Positions 1 through 14,248 of a stretch of 64,000 nt of DNA are shown here, piece by piece. The DNA comes from the human T2T-CHM13v2.0 reference genome, Homo sapiens. The translations under genes and the position numbers were made by a program. The notes beneath the pieces are model-generated. The model did not search any database and was not told the origin of the DNA. It was given only the letters and a program-made list of their open reading frames with translations. The stretch lies in the NCBI RefSeq assembly GCF_009914755.1, contig NC_060940.1. The stretch is one strand, 5' to 3'. Positions within the stretch are counted from its first letter, which is position 1. Every line of letters begins with the position of its first letter.

Positions 1-415
1 CGAGTCCATTTAATGATTCCATTGGGTTCAATTCAATGATGATTACATTGGATTCCGTTCTATGATTCCATTCAATTCCGTTCATTGACAATTTGATTCC
101 ATTCGATGATGATTCCATTTGAGTTCATTCGATGATTCTATTCGATTCTCTTCGATGGTGATTCAATTCTATTATATTGGATGATTCCATTCGATTCCAT
201 TTGATGTTGATTCAATTCGATTCTATTCGATGATGATTCCATTGGATTTCACTTGATGATTCTATTCGATTCCATTCAATGATGATTCACTTCTCGTCCA
301 TTGGATGATTCCATTTCATTCCATTCGATGATGATTCCATTCGATTCCATTCGATGATTCCATTTGATTCCATGCGACGGTGAGCAATTCGATTCAATTC
401 CATGATGATTCTATT

Positions 416-426
416 TGATTCAATTA
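416..426 (-). promoter_or_regulatory. DUX4-consensus site TAATTGAATCA (recurs at 7447, 22857, 26588, 30889, 37001, 43031, 49061, 55173, 61285)
   Basis: + strand TGATTCAATTA; the reverse complement fits TAAYBBAATCA. DUX4 binding and activation of HSATII is established; occupancy of this site is not shown. Confidence 0.55.
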
Positions 427-924
427 GATGATGTTTCCATTCGAATCCATTCCATGATTATTCCATTGGAATCCATTCGGCGATGATTCCATATGAGTCA
501 ATTCAATGATGATTCCATATGGGTCCGTTCGATGATAATTCCATTTGATTTCATTCGGTGCTTCTATTCAATTCCAGTCGATGATGATTCCGTTGGAGTC
601 CATACGATGATTCCATTTGATTTCATTTGATGATGATTCCATTCGATGATGATTACATTGGATTCCATTCTATGATTCCATTCAATTCCATTCGTTGATG
701 ATTCGATTCCATTCAATGATGATTCCATTTGAGTTCATTCGATGATTCTATTCGATTCCGTTCGATGGTGATTCAATTCTCTTATATTGGATGATTCCAC
801 TCGATTCCATTTGATGATTATTCCATTGGAGTCCACTTAGTGAATCCTTTAGATTCTACTCGAAGATGATTCCATTCGAGTCCATTCGATGATACCATTC
901 AATTCCATTCGTTGATGCTTCCAT

Positions 925-3900
925 TCAAGTGCATTCGATGATATCATTCGATTCCATTTGATGATAATTCCATTTGATTCCATGCGATGATTCTATTCGA
1001 TTCCATTCAATGATAATTCCATTCAATTCAGTGATTCCTCTGGACTCCATTTGATGATGATTCCATTCAATGATTCCATTCGATTCTATTCGAAAATGAT
1101 TCCATTTGAATCCATTTGATGATGATTCCATTAGATTCCATTTGATGATTCCATTCGATTCCATTTGACGATGATTCCATTCGATTCCATTTGATGATTC
1201 CATTCTATTCTATTCGATGATGATTCCATTCGATTCCATTTGATGATGATTGGATTCGATTCCATTTGATGATTTCATTTGATTCCATTCGTTAATGATT
1301 TCGATCAACTCCATTCGATGATTCCATTTGATTCCATTCGATAATGATTACATCCGAGTCCATTCGATGATTCCATTTGAGCCCGTTCGATAATTCCATT
1401 TGAGTCCAATCAATGATTCCATTCATTTCCATTCAATGATTCCATTCGAGTCCATTTGATCATTCCGGTAGGGTCCGTTCGATGTTGATTCCATTGGAGT
1501 GCATTCGATGATTCCATTCGAGTCCATTTTAGGATTTGATTCGAGTCCTTTCGATGATTCCATTCGATTCCACTCGATGATTTCATTCGAGTCCATTCGA
1601 CACTTCCAATCGATTCCATTTGATGTTTCCATTCGAGTCCAATTGATGATTCCATTCAATTCCATTCGATGATGATTCCGTACGATTCCATTCTGTGATG
1701 ATTCCATGTGATTGCATTCAATGATGATTCCTTTCGATTGCATTCGATTATGATTCATTTCGTGTTCATTCTATGGTTCCACAGGTTTCCATTCGATGAT
1801 GTTTCCATTCGTGTCCATTCCATTATTCCATTCTATTCCATTTGAAGATGATTCCATTCGATTCCATTCATTGGTGATTCCACTCAATTCCATTCAATGA
1901 TTCCATTCCATTTCTTTCAACAATGATTCCATTAGTTTCTATTCGATGATCCACTTGATTCCATTTGACGATGATTCCATTCGTGTCCATTCGATGATTC
2001 CATTTGATTCCATATGATGATGATTCCATTCGATTCCATACGATGATGATTCCATTCGAGTCCATTCAATGGTGATTCCATTCAATTCCATTCGATGATT
2101 CCTTTCGATTCCATTCAATGATGATGGCATTCGATTCCTTTCGATCATTCCCTTTGATTCCATTCAAAGGTGATTTCATTCAAGTCCATTCGATAATTGC
2201 ATTCGATTCCATTCTATGATGATTCCATTCGAGTCCATTTGATGATTCCATTCAATTCAAGTCAATGATGATTCCATTCGATTCTACTCGATGATTCCAT
2301 TGGATTCCATTCGATGATGATTCCATTCAAATCCATTCGATAATTCAATTCAAGTCCATTCGATGATGATTCCAATCGAATCCATTCAAAGATTCCACTC
2401 AATTCCATTCGATGATGATTCCCTTAGATTCCATTCGATGATTCCACTTGATTCCATTTACGATGATTCCATTCGATTCCATGTGATGATTCCATTCAAT
2501 TCTATTCAATGATGTTTCCACTTGATTCCATTCGAACATGATTGCCTTTGATTCCATTCAATGATTCCATACGATTCCATTTGATGATGATTCCATTGGA
2601 GTGCATTAGATGATTCCATCCGAGTCCATTTGATGATTCCATTCGATTCCATTCGATGTTGATTCTGTTCAAATCCATTCGATGATTCCACTCGATTCCA
2701 TTCGATGACTCCATTTGATCCCATTCGATGATTTCCTTTGATTCCCTTTGATGATCATTCCATTTGATTCAATTCGGTGATTTCATTTGATTCCATTCAG
2801 TGATGTTTCCATTCAACTCCTTTCGATGATGATTCCATTCGACTCCATTCGATTATGATTTCATTCAATTCCATTCGATAATGATTCCCTTCAAGTCCAT
2901 TCGATGATTCCATTCGATTCCATTCAACGATGATTTGATTCGTGTCCATTCGATGATTCCATTTGATTCCATTTGATGATGATTCCATTCGAGTCCCTTT
3001 CATGATTCCATTCAATTCCATTCTCCGATGATTTCTTTTGAGCCCATTCAATGCTTCCACTCGATTCCATATGATGATGACTCCATTTGATGAAATTCCA
3101 TGATGATTCCATTCGGTTGCATTCGATGATGATTCCACTTGAGTCCGTTAGAAGATTCTATTCAATTACATTCCATGACGATTCTGTTCGAGTCCATTTG
3201 ATGATTCCATTAGACTCCATTCGACGATGATTCCATTCGATGTTATTCGATGATGATTCCATTCAACTCCATTCGATGTTTCCATTCGAGGTCATTCTAT
3301 TATTCCATTAGATTCCATTCGATGATGATTCCATTCGATTCCATTTGATGATTGCATTCTATTTCATTTGATGATGATTCCATTCGAGTCCATTCGATGA
3401 TTCCATTCGAGTCCATTTAATGAATCCATTGGTTTCAATTCTATGATGATTACATTGGATTCCATTCGTTGATGATTTCATTCGATTCCATTCAATGATG
3501 ATTCCATTCAATTCCATTCAATGATTCCATTCAATTCCATACGATGATGATTCCATTTGATTTGATTCGACAGTGAGCCATTCGATTCAATTCCATGATG
3601 ATTCTATTTTATTCAATTGGTTGACATTTCCATTCGATTCCATTCGATGATGATTCCCTTTGATTCCATTCAAAGCTGATTCCATTCTAGCCCATTCAAT
3701 CATTCCATTCGATTCTATTCAATGATGATTCCATTCATGTCGATTTGGTGATTCCATTTGACTTCATTTGATGATGATTCTTTTCAAGTTCATTAGATGA
3801 TTCCATTCGATTCCATTTGATGATGATCCCATTCGAGTCCATTTGATGATTCCACTCGTTTCCATTCCATGATGATTCCATTCCATTCCATTCAATGATT

Positions 3901-6900
3901 CCATTCGATTCCGTTTGATGATGATTTCATTCGAGTCCATTTGATGATTCCATTTGATTCCATTCGATGATGATTACATTCGAGTCCATACGATGATTCC
4001 ACTCAATTCCATATGATGATGAATCCATTCGATTCCATTCGATGATTCCACTTGATTCCATTTACGATGATTCCATTCTATTCCATGCGATGATTCCATT
4101 CAGTTCTATTCAATGCTGTTTCCATTTGATTCCATTGGACCATGATTACCTTTGATTCCATTCAATGACTCCATTCGGTTCCTTTTGATGATGATTCCGT
4201 TCGATTCCATTTCATTATTCCATTTGATTCCATTGGATGAGTCCATTCGATTACATTCGATGATTATTCCATTCGAGTGCATTAGATGATTCCATTCGAG
4301 TCCATTCGATGATTCCATTCGATTCCATTCGATGTTGATTCTGTTCAAATCCATTCGATGATTCCACTCGATTCCATTCGATGACTCCAGTTGATCCCAT
4401 TCGATGATTTCCTTTGATTCCCTTTGATGATCATTCCATTTGATTCAATTCGGTGATTTCATTTGATTCCATTCAGTGATGTTTCCATTCGACTCCATTC
4501 GATGATGATTCCATTCGACTCCATTCGATTATGATTTCATTCAATTCCATTCGATAATGATTCCCTTCGTGTCCATTCGATGATTCCATTTGATTCCATT
4601 CAACGATGATTTGATTCGTGTCCATTCGATGATTCCATTTGATTCCACTTGATGATGATTCCATTCGAGTCCATTTGATGATTCCATTCAATTCCATTCT
4701 CCGATGATTTCTTTTGAGCCCATTCAATGCTTCCACTCGATTCCATATGATGATGACTCCATTCGATGAAATTCGATGATGATTCCCTTTGATTCCATTC
4801 AAAGATGATTCCATTCTAGCCCATTCATTCATTCCTTTCGATTCTATTCAATGATGATTCCATTCATGTCGATTTGGTGATTCCATTTGACTTCATTTGA
4901 TGATGATTCCTTTCAAGTTCATTAGATGATTCCATTCGATTCCATTTGATGATGATCCCATTGGAGTCCATTCAGTGATTCCACTCGTTTCCATTCCATG
5001 ATGATTCCATTCCATTCCATTCAATGATTCCATTCGATTCCGTTTGATGATGATTTCATTCGAGTCCATTTGATGATTCCATTTGATTCCATTCGATGAT
5101 GATTACATTCGAGTCCATACGATGATTCCACTCAATTCCATATGATGATGATTCCATTCGATTCCATTCGATGATTCCATTCTATTCTATTCAATGGTGA
5201 TTCCATTCGAGTACATTAGATGATTCCATTCGATTCCATTCAATGATGATTCTATTTGTGTCCCTTAGATGGTTCCACATGATTCCATTTCATGATGATA
5301 CTATTTGAGCCCATCCAATGATTCCCTTCGATTCCATTCGATGAGGATTCCATTCGATTCAATTCATTGGTGATTCTATTCAATTCAATTCTTTGATTCC
5401 ATTCCATTCCATTCGACAATGATTCCATTCGATTTCTTTCGATGATTCCACTCGATTCCACTTGACATTGATTCCATTCGATTCCATTCAATGATTCCGT
5501 TTGATTCCAGTGGATGATGATTGCCATCGATTCCATTCGATCACTCCATTCTATTCCATTTGATGATGATTACATTCGATTCCATTTGATGATTCCATCT
5601 GATTCTATTCGAGGATTCCATTTGATTCCATTCGATGATGATTCCATTCGAGTGCATTCGATGATTTCATTCGAGTACATCCAATGATTCCATTCGAGTC
5701 CATTTGATGATTCCATTTGATTCCATTTGATTATGATTCTACTAGAGTCCATTCAATGACTCCATTCGAATCCATTCAACAATTCCATTCGAGGCCATTC
5801 GATGATTCCATTTCATGATTCCATTCGAGTCCATTTAATCATTACAGTCGAGTCCATTTGGTGATTCCACTGGATTTCTTTTGATAATGATACCATTCAA
5901 TTACATTTGATGATGATCCCATTCAATTTCATTTGATGGTGATTCCATTAGAGTCCATTCGATGATTTCATTCGAGTCCCTTCATTGATTCCATCCGATT
6001 TCATTGGATGATGACTCCATTCGAGTCCATTCGATGATTCCACTCGATTCCATTAGATGATTCCATTGGAGTCCATTTGATTGTTCCATTCGATTCTATT
6101 CGATTCCTTTCGAAGATTATTCCATTTGAGTCCATTCGATGATGATTCCATTCCATTCCATTCGATGATTCCGTTTGATTCCATTCGATGATTCCCTTCG
6201 ATTCCTTTCTTTGATGATTCCATTCCATTCCATTCAATGATTCCATTCGAATCTATTCCATGATGATTCCTTTCGATTCCATTCGCTGATGTTTCCGTTC
6301 AATTCCATTCGATGATGATTCCATTCGATTCCATTCATTGAGGATTCCATTTGATTCCATTCAATGATGATTCCATTCTATTCCATTCAATGATTGCATT
6401 CAATTCCATTCAATGATCATCCCATTAGAGTAAACTCAACGATTCCATTCAATACCATTCGATGATGATTCCTTTTGAGTCCATTCAATGATTTCATTCA
6501 AGTCCATTTGATGATTCCTTTCAATTCCATTCTATGATGATTCCATTCGAGTCCATTCGATGATTCCATTCGATTGCATTCGATGATTCCATTATATTCC
6601 AGTCAACGATGATTCCATTCGAGTCCATTCGATGATTCCATTAGAGTACATTTAATGATTGCTTTGTTTTCAATTCGAAGATGATTACATTGGATTCCAT
6701 TCTATGATACCATTCGATTCCATTCAATGATGATTCCACTCAAATCCATTGGATGATTCCATTCGTGTCCATTCGGTGATTTCATTAGATTCCATTCGAG
6801 GATGATTCCATTCGATTCCATTCGATGATTCCATTCAATTCCATTCTATGATGATTCCATTCCAGTCCATATGATCATTCCATTTGATTTCATTCGATGA

Positions 6901-7955
6901 TGATTCCATTCGATTCCATTCGATGATTCCATTCTATTCCATTCGATGATGATTCCATTCGAGTCCATTCGATGATTCCATTCTATTCCTTTCGATGATG
7001 ATTCCATTCGAGTCCATTCGATGATTCCATTCGAGTCCATTTAATGATTCCATTGGGTTCAATTCAATGATGATTACATTGGATTCCGTTCTATGATTCC
7101 ATTCAATTCCGTTCATTGACAATTTGATTCCATTCGATGATGATTCCATTTGAGTTCATTCGATGATTCTATTCGATTCTCTTCGATGGTGATTCAATTC
7201 TATTATATTGGATGATTCCATTCGATTCCATTTGATGTTGATTCAATTCGATTCTATTCGATGATGATTCCATTGGATTTCACTTGATGATTCTATTCGA
7301 TTCCATTCAATGATGATTCACTTCTCGTCCATTGGATGATTCCATTTCATTCCATTCGATGATGATTCCATTCGATTCCATTCGATGATTCCATTTGATT
7401 CCATGCGACGGTGAGCAATTCGATTCAATTCCATGATGATTCTATTTGATTCAATTAGATGATGTTTCCATTCGAATCCATTCCATGATTATTCCATTGG
7501 AATCCATTTGGCGATGATTCCATATGAGTCAATTCAATGATGATTCCATATGGGTCCGTTCGATGATAATTCCATTTGATTTCATTCGATGCTTCTATTC
7601 TATTCCAGTCGATGATGATTCCGTTGGAGTCCATACGATGATTCCATTTGATTTCATTTGATGATGATTCCATTCGATGATGATTACATTGGATTCCATT
7701 CTATGATTCCATTCAATTCCATTCGTTGATGATTCGATTCCATTCAATGATGATTCCATTTGAGTTCATTCGATGATTCTATTCGATTCCGTTCGATGGT
7801 GATTCAATTCTATTATATTGGATGATTCCACTCGATTCCATTTGATGATTATTCCATTGGAGTCCACTTAGTGAATCCTTTAGATTCTACTCGACGATGA
7901 TTCCATTCGAGTCCATTCAATGATACCATTCAATTTCATTCGTTGATGCTTCCAT
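925..7955 (+). repeat. Variant higher-order unit, 7031 bp, with internal partial duplication
   Basis: Landmark spacing 925->7956. Segments giving pseudo-ORFs 2502/2797 recur at 4106/4473. Boundaries are an arbitrary phase set by the landmark. Confidence 0.9.
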
Positions 7956-10119
7956 TCAAGTGCATTCGATGATATCATTCGATTCCATTTGATGATAATT
8001 CCATTTGATTCCGTGCGATGATTCTATTCGATTCCATTCAATGATAATTCCATTCAATTCAGTGATTCCTCTGGACTCCATTTGATGATGATTCCATTCA
8101 ATGATTCCATTCGATTCTATTCCAAAATGATTCCATTTGAATCCATTTGATGATGATTCCATTAGATTCCATTTGATGATTCCATTCGATTGCATTTGAC
8201 GATGATTCCATTCGATTCCATTTGATGATTCCATTCTATTCTATTCGATGATGATTCCATTCGATTCCATTTGATGATGATTGGATTCGATTCCATTTGA
8301 TGATTTCATTTGATTCCATTCGTTAATGATTTCGATCAACTCCATTCGATGATTCCATTTGATTCCATTCGATAATGATTACATCCGAGTCCATTCGATG
8401 ATTCCATTTGAGCCCGTTCGATAATTCCATTTGAGTCCAATCAATGATTCCATTCATTTCCATTCAATGATTCCATTCGAGTCCATTTGATCATTCTGGT
8501 AGGATCCGTTCGATGTTGATTCCATTGGAGTGCATTCGATGATTCCATTCGAGTCCATTTTATGATTTGATTCGAGTCCTTTCGATGATTCCATTCGATT
8601 CCACTCGATGATGATTTCATTCGAGTCCATTCGACACTTCCAATCGATTCCATTTGATGTTTCCATTCGAGTCCAATTGATGATTCCATTCAATTCCATT
8701 CGATGATGATTCCGTACGATTCCATTCTGTGATGATTCCATGTGATTGCATTCCATGATGATTCCTTTCGATTGCATTCGATTATGATTCATTTCGTGTT
8801 CATTCTATGGTTCCACAGGTTACCATTCGATGACGTTTCCGTTCGTGTCCATTCCATTATTCCATTCTATTTCATTTGATGATGATTCCATTCGATTCCA
8901 TTCATTGGTGATTCCACTCAATTCCATTCAATGATTCCATTCCATTTCTTTCAACAATGATTCCATTAGTTTCTATTCGATGATCCACTTGACTCCATTT
9001 GGCGATGATTCCATTCGTGTCCATTCGATGATTCCATTTGATTCCATATGATGATGATTCCATTCGATTCCATACCATGATGATTCCATTCGAGTCCATT
9101 CAATGGTGATTCCATTCAATTCCATTCGATGATTCCTTCCGATTCCATTCGATGATGATGGCATTCGATTCCTTTCAATCATTCCCTTTGATTCCATTCA
9201 AAGGTGATTTCATTCAAGTCCATTCGATAATTGCATTCGATTCCATTCTATGATGATTCCATTCGAGTCCATTTGATGATTCCATTCAATTCAAGTCAAT
9301 GATGATTCCATTCAATTCCACTCGATGATTCCATTGGATTCCATTCGATGATGATTCCATTCAAATCCATTCGATAATTCAATTCAAGTCCATTCGATGA
9401 TGATTCCAATCTAATCCATTCAAAGATTCCATTCAATTCCATTCGATGATGATTCCCTTAGATTCCATTCGATGATTCCACTTGATTCCATTTACGATGA
9501 TTCCATTCGATTCCATGTGATGAATCCATTCAATTCTATTCAATGATGTTTCCATTTGATTCCATTGGACCATGATTGCCTTTGATTCCATTCAATGATT
9601 CCATTCGGTTCCATTTGATGATGATTCCGTTCGATTCCATTTCATTATTCCATTTGATTCCATTGGATGAGTCCATTCGATTACATTCGATGATTATTCC
9701 ATTCGAGTGCATTAGATGATTGCATTCGAGTCCATTCGATGATTCCATTCGATTCCATTCGATGTTGATTCTGTTCAAATCCATTCGATGATTCCACTCG
9801 ATTCCAATCGATGACTCCATTTGATCCCATTCGATGATTTCCTGTGATTCCCTTTGATGATCATTCTATTTGATTCAATTCGGTGATTTCATTTCATTCC
9901 ATTCAGTGATGTTTCCATTCGACTGTATTCGATGATGATTCCATTCGACTCCATTCGATTATGATTTCATTCAATTCCATTCAATAATGATTCCCTTCGA
10001 GTCCATTCGATGATTCCATTCGATTCCATTCAACGATGATTTGATTCGTTTCCATTCGATGATTCCATTTGATTCCACTTGATGATGATTCCATTCGAGT
10101 CCATTTGATGATTCCATTC

Positions 10120-11950
10120 GAGTCTATTTATGTATTATATTCGTGTCCACTTCATGATTCCATTCAATTCCATTTAATGTTGATTCCATTTGATTCCATT
10201 TGATGATTCAGTTCGATTCCTTGCAATGATTCCCTACGATTCCTTTCTCTGATGATTCCATTCGATTCCATTCATTGATGATTTCATTCGACTCCATTCG
10301 ATGATGATTCTTTCGATTCCATTTGACGATGTTTCCATTCGAGTCCATTCGATGATGATTCTATTCAATTCTGTTCTATTATGATTCCATTCGATTTCAT
10401 TCAATGCTTCTATTTGATTCCATTCGATGATGATTCCATCTCTTTCCCTTCGATGATTCCATTTGATTCCATTCAGTGATGATTCCATTTGATTCCATCT
10501 GATGATGATTTCACTTGATTCCTTTCAATGATGATTCAATTCAAGTCCATTCGATGATTCCATTGGAGTCCAAACGATCATTCCGTTCGATTCCATTCAA
10601 TGGTGATTCCATTCATGTCCATTCGATGAATCCATTCAATTCCATTCGATGATGACTCCATTCGAGTACATTCGATGATTCCATTTGATTCCATTTGAAG
10701 ATGATTCCATTCAATTCCATTCGAAGATGATTCCATTCAATTCCATTCGATGATGATTCCGTATGAATCCATTCTCTGATTATTCCATTCGATTCCATTC
10801 ATTGACGATTCCATTCAATTCCATTCAATGATGATTCTCTTCTATTCCATTCGATGATTCTGGTCGATTCCATTCGATGATGATTCCATTAGATTCCATT
10901 CGATTGTTGCATTCGATTCCCTTCGATGATGATTCCTTTGAATTCCATTCGATTATCATTCCGTATGAATCCATTTGATGATTATTCCATTGGATTCCTT
11001 TCGATGATGATTCCATTCGATTCCATTTGATGATGTTTCTCTTGTATTCCATTGGATAATTCCTTTCAGTTCCCTTCGATGATTATTCTTTCAAGTCAAT
11101 TCGATGATTCTATTCCATTCCCTTCGATGATGATTCCATTTCACTCCATTTGATGATTCCATTCGACTCAATTTGGTGATGATTCAATTCGATGACATTC
11201 GATGACTCCATTCAATTTCATTTGATGATGATTACATTCGAGTCCATTTGATGATTGTATTCCTTTCCTTTTGATGATTATTCCATTCGTGTCTATTCAA
11301 AGGTTCCATTCTATTCCATTCAATGATGATTGCATTTGATTCCATTCAATGATTATGGCTATCGATTCCACTCGTTGATTCCATTTGATTCCGTTCGATG
11401 ATTATTCCGTTAGATTCCATTAGAAGATTCCATTCGATTTTATTCAATGATTCCAATGGATTCCATTCAATGATGATTCCATTCGACTCCATTCAGTGAT
11501 TCCATTCGAGTCCATTTGATGATTCCATTCTTTTCCATTTGATGATGATTCCATTAGGGTCCATTCAATGATTCCATTCGAGTCCATTCGTTAATGCCTT
11601 TCGAGTCCTTTTGATCACTACATTCGAGTCCATTCAATGATTCTATTCGATTCCATTCCATGATGATTCCATTCGAGTTCATTCGATGATTGCATTCGAG
11701 TCCATTTGATGATTCCATATGATTCCCTTCGACAATGATTCCATTCGTGTCCATTTGATGATTCCATTCATTTCCTATCGATGAAGATTCCATTCAAGTG
11801 TATTCGATGATTCCATTCAAATCCATTCGATGATGATTCCATTCCAGTCCATTCGATCATTCCACTTGATTCCATTTGATGACTATTCCATTCAAATCCA
11901 TTTGATGATTCCATTCGATTCCATTCGATGTTACCATTCGAGTATATACG
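10120..11950 (+). repeat. Diverged HSat2 block (~1.83 kb) not part of the 6112-bp unit, copy 1
   Basis: Begins AGTCTATTTATGTATTATATTCG and ends ...TTACCATTCGAGTATATACG. Its pseudo-ORFs (10234, 10613, 10825, 11554) recur only at +4129. Confidence 0.85.
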
Positions 11951-14248
11951 ATGATTCCACTCGATTCCATTTGATGATTATTCCATTGGAGTCCACTTAG
12001 TGAATCCTTTAGATTCTACTGGAAGATGATTCCATTCGAGTCCATTCGATGATACCATTCAATTCCATTCGTTGATGCTTCCATTCAAGTGCATTCGATG
12101 ATATCATTCGATTCCATTTGATGATAATTCCATTTGATTCCATGCGATGATTCTATTCGATTCCATTCAATAATAATTCCATTCAATTCAGTGATTCCTC
12201 TGGACTCCATTTGATGATGATTCCATTCAATGATTCCATTCGATTCTATTCGAAAATGATTCCATTTGAATCCATTTGATGATGATTCCATTGGATTCCA
12301 TTTGATGATTCCATTCGATTCCATTCGATGATGATTCCATTCGATTCCTTTTGATGATTCCATTCTATTGTATTCGATGATGATTCCATTCGATTCCATT
12401 CGATGATGATTGGATTCGATTCCATTTGATGATTTCATTTGATTCCATTCGATAATGATTTCGATCAATTCCATTCGATGATTCCATTCGATTCCATTCG
12501 ATAATGATTACATCCGAGTCCATTCGATGATTCCATTTGAGCCCGTTCGATAATTCCATTTGAGTCCAATCAATGATTCCATTCATTTCCATTCAATGAT
12601 TCCATTCGAGTCCATTTGATCATTCTGGTAGGATCCGTTCGATGTTGATTCCATTGGAGTGCATTCGATGATTCCATTCGAGTCCATTTTATGATTTGAT
12701 TCGAGTCCTTTCGATGATTCCATTCGATTCCACTCGATGATGATTTCATTCGAGTCCATTCGACACTTCCAATCGATTCCATTTGATGTTTCCATTCGAG
12801 TCCAATTGATGATTCCATTCAATTCCATTCGATGATGATTCCGTACGATTCCATTCTGTGATGATTCCATGTGATTGCATTCCATGATGATTCCTTTCGA
12901 TTGCATTCGATTATGATTCATTTCGTGTTCATTCTATGGTTCCACAGGTTACCATTCGATGACGTTTCCGTTCGTGTCCATTCCATTATTCCATTCTATT
13001 TCATTTGATGATGATTCCATTCGATTCCATTCATTGGTGATTCCACTCAATTCCATTCAATGATTCCATTCCATTTCTTTCAACAATGATTCCATTAGTT
13101 TCTATTCGATGATCCACTTGATTCCATTTGGCGATGATTCCATTCGTGTCCATTCGATGATTCCATTTGATTCCATATGATGATGATTCCATTCGATTCC
13201 ATACCATGATGATTCCATTCGAGTCCATTCAATGGTGATTCCATTCAATTCCATTCGATGATTCCTTCCGATTCCATTCGATGATGATGGCATTCGATTC
13301 CTTTCAATCATTCCCTTTGATTCCATTCAAAGGTGATTTCATTCAAGTCCATTCGATAATTGCATTCGATTCCATTCTATGATGATTCCATTCGAGTCCA
13401 TTTGATGATTCCATTCAATTCAAGTCAATGATGATTCCATTCAATTCCACTCGATGATTCCATTGGATTCCATTCGATGATGATTCCATTCAAATCCATT
13501 CGATAATTCAATTCAAGTCCATTCGATGATGATTCCAATCTAATCCATTCAAAGATTCCATTCAATTCCATTCGATGATGATTCCCTTAGATTCCATTCG
13601 ATGATTCCACTTGATTCCATTTACGATGATTCCATTCGATTCCATGTGATGAATCCATTCAATTCTATTCAATGATGTTTCCATTTGATTCCATTGGACC
13701 ATGATTGCCTTTGATTCCATTCAATGATTCCATTCGGTTCCATTTGATGATGATTCCGTTCGATTCCATTTCATTATTCCATTTGATTCCATTGGATGAG
13801 TCCATTCGATTACATTCGATGATTATTCCATTCGAGTGCATTAGATGATTGCATTCGAGTCCATTCGATGATTCCATTCGATTCCATTCGATGTTGATTC
13901 TGTTCAAATCCATTCGATGATTCCACTCGATTCCAATCGATGACTCCATTTGATCCCATTCGATGATTTCCTGTGATTCCCTTTGATGATCATTCTATTT
14001 GATTCAATTCGGTGATTTCATTTCATTCCATTCAGTGATGTTTCCATTCGACTGTATTCGATGATGATTCCATTCGACTCCATTCGATTATGATTTCATT
14101 CAATTCCATTCAATAATGATTCCCTTCGAGTCCATTCGATGATTCCATTCGATTCCATTCAACGATGATTTGATTCGTTTCCATTCGATGATTCCATTTG
14201 ATTCCACTTGATGATGATTCCATTCGAGTCCATTTGATGATTCCATTC

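Noticed and set aside
1460-1800. GC-richer words (CCGGTAGGGTCC, GGTTCCACAGG) as promoter or splice signals
   Set aside because: They are explicable as mutated monomers amplified with the unit. They are useful as probe or landmark sites, with no evidence of function.
10120-11950. Mobile-element insertion
   Set aside because: The block is still CATTC satellite, with no target-site duplication, poly(A), terminal repeats or coding sequence.
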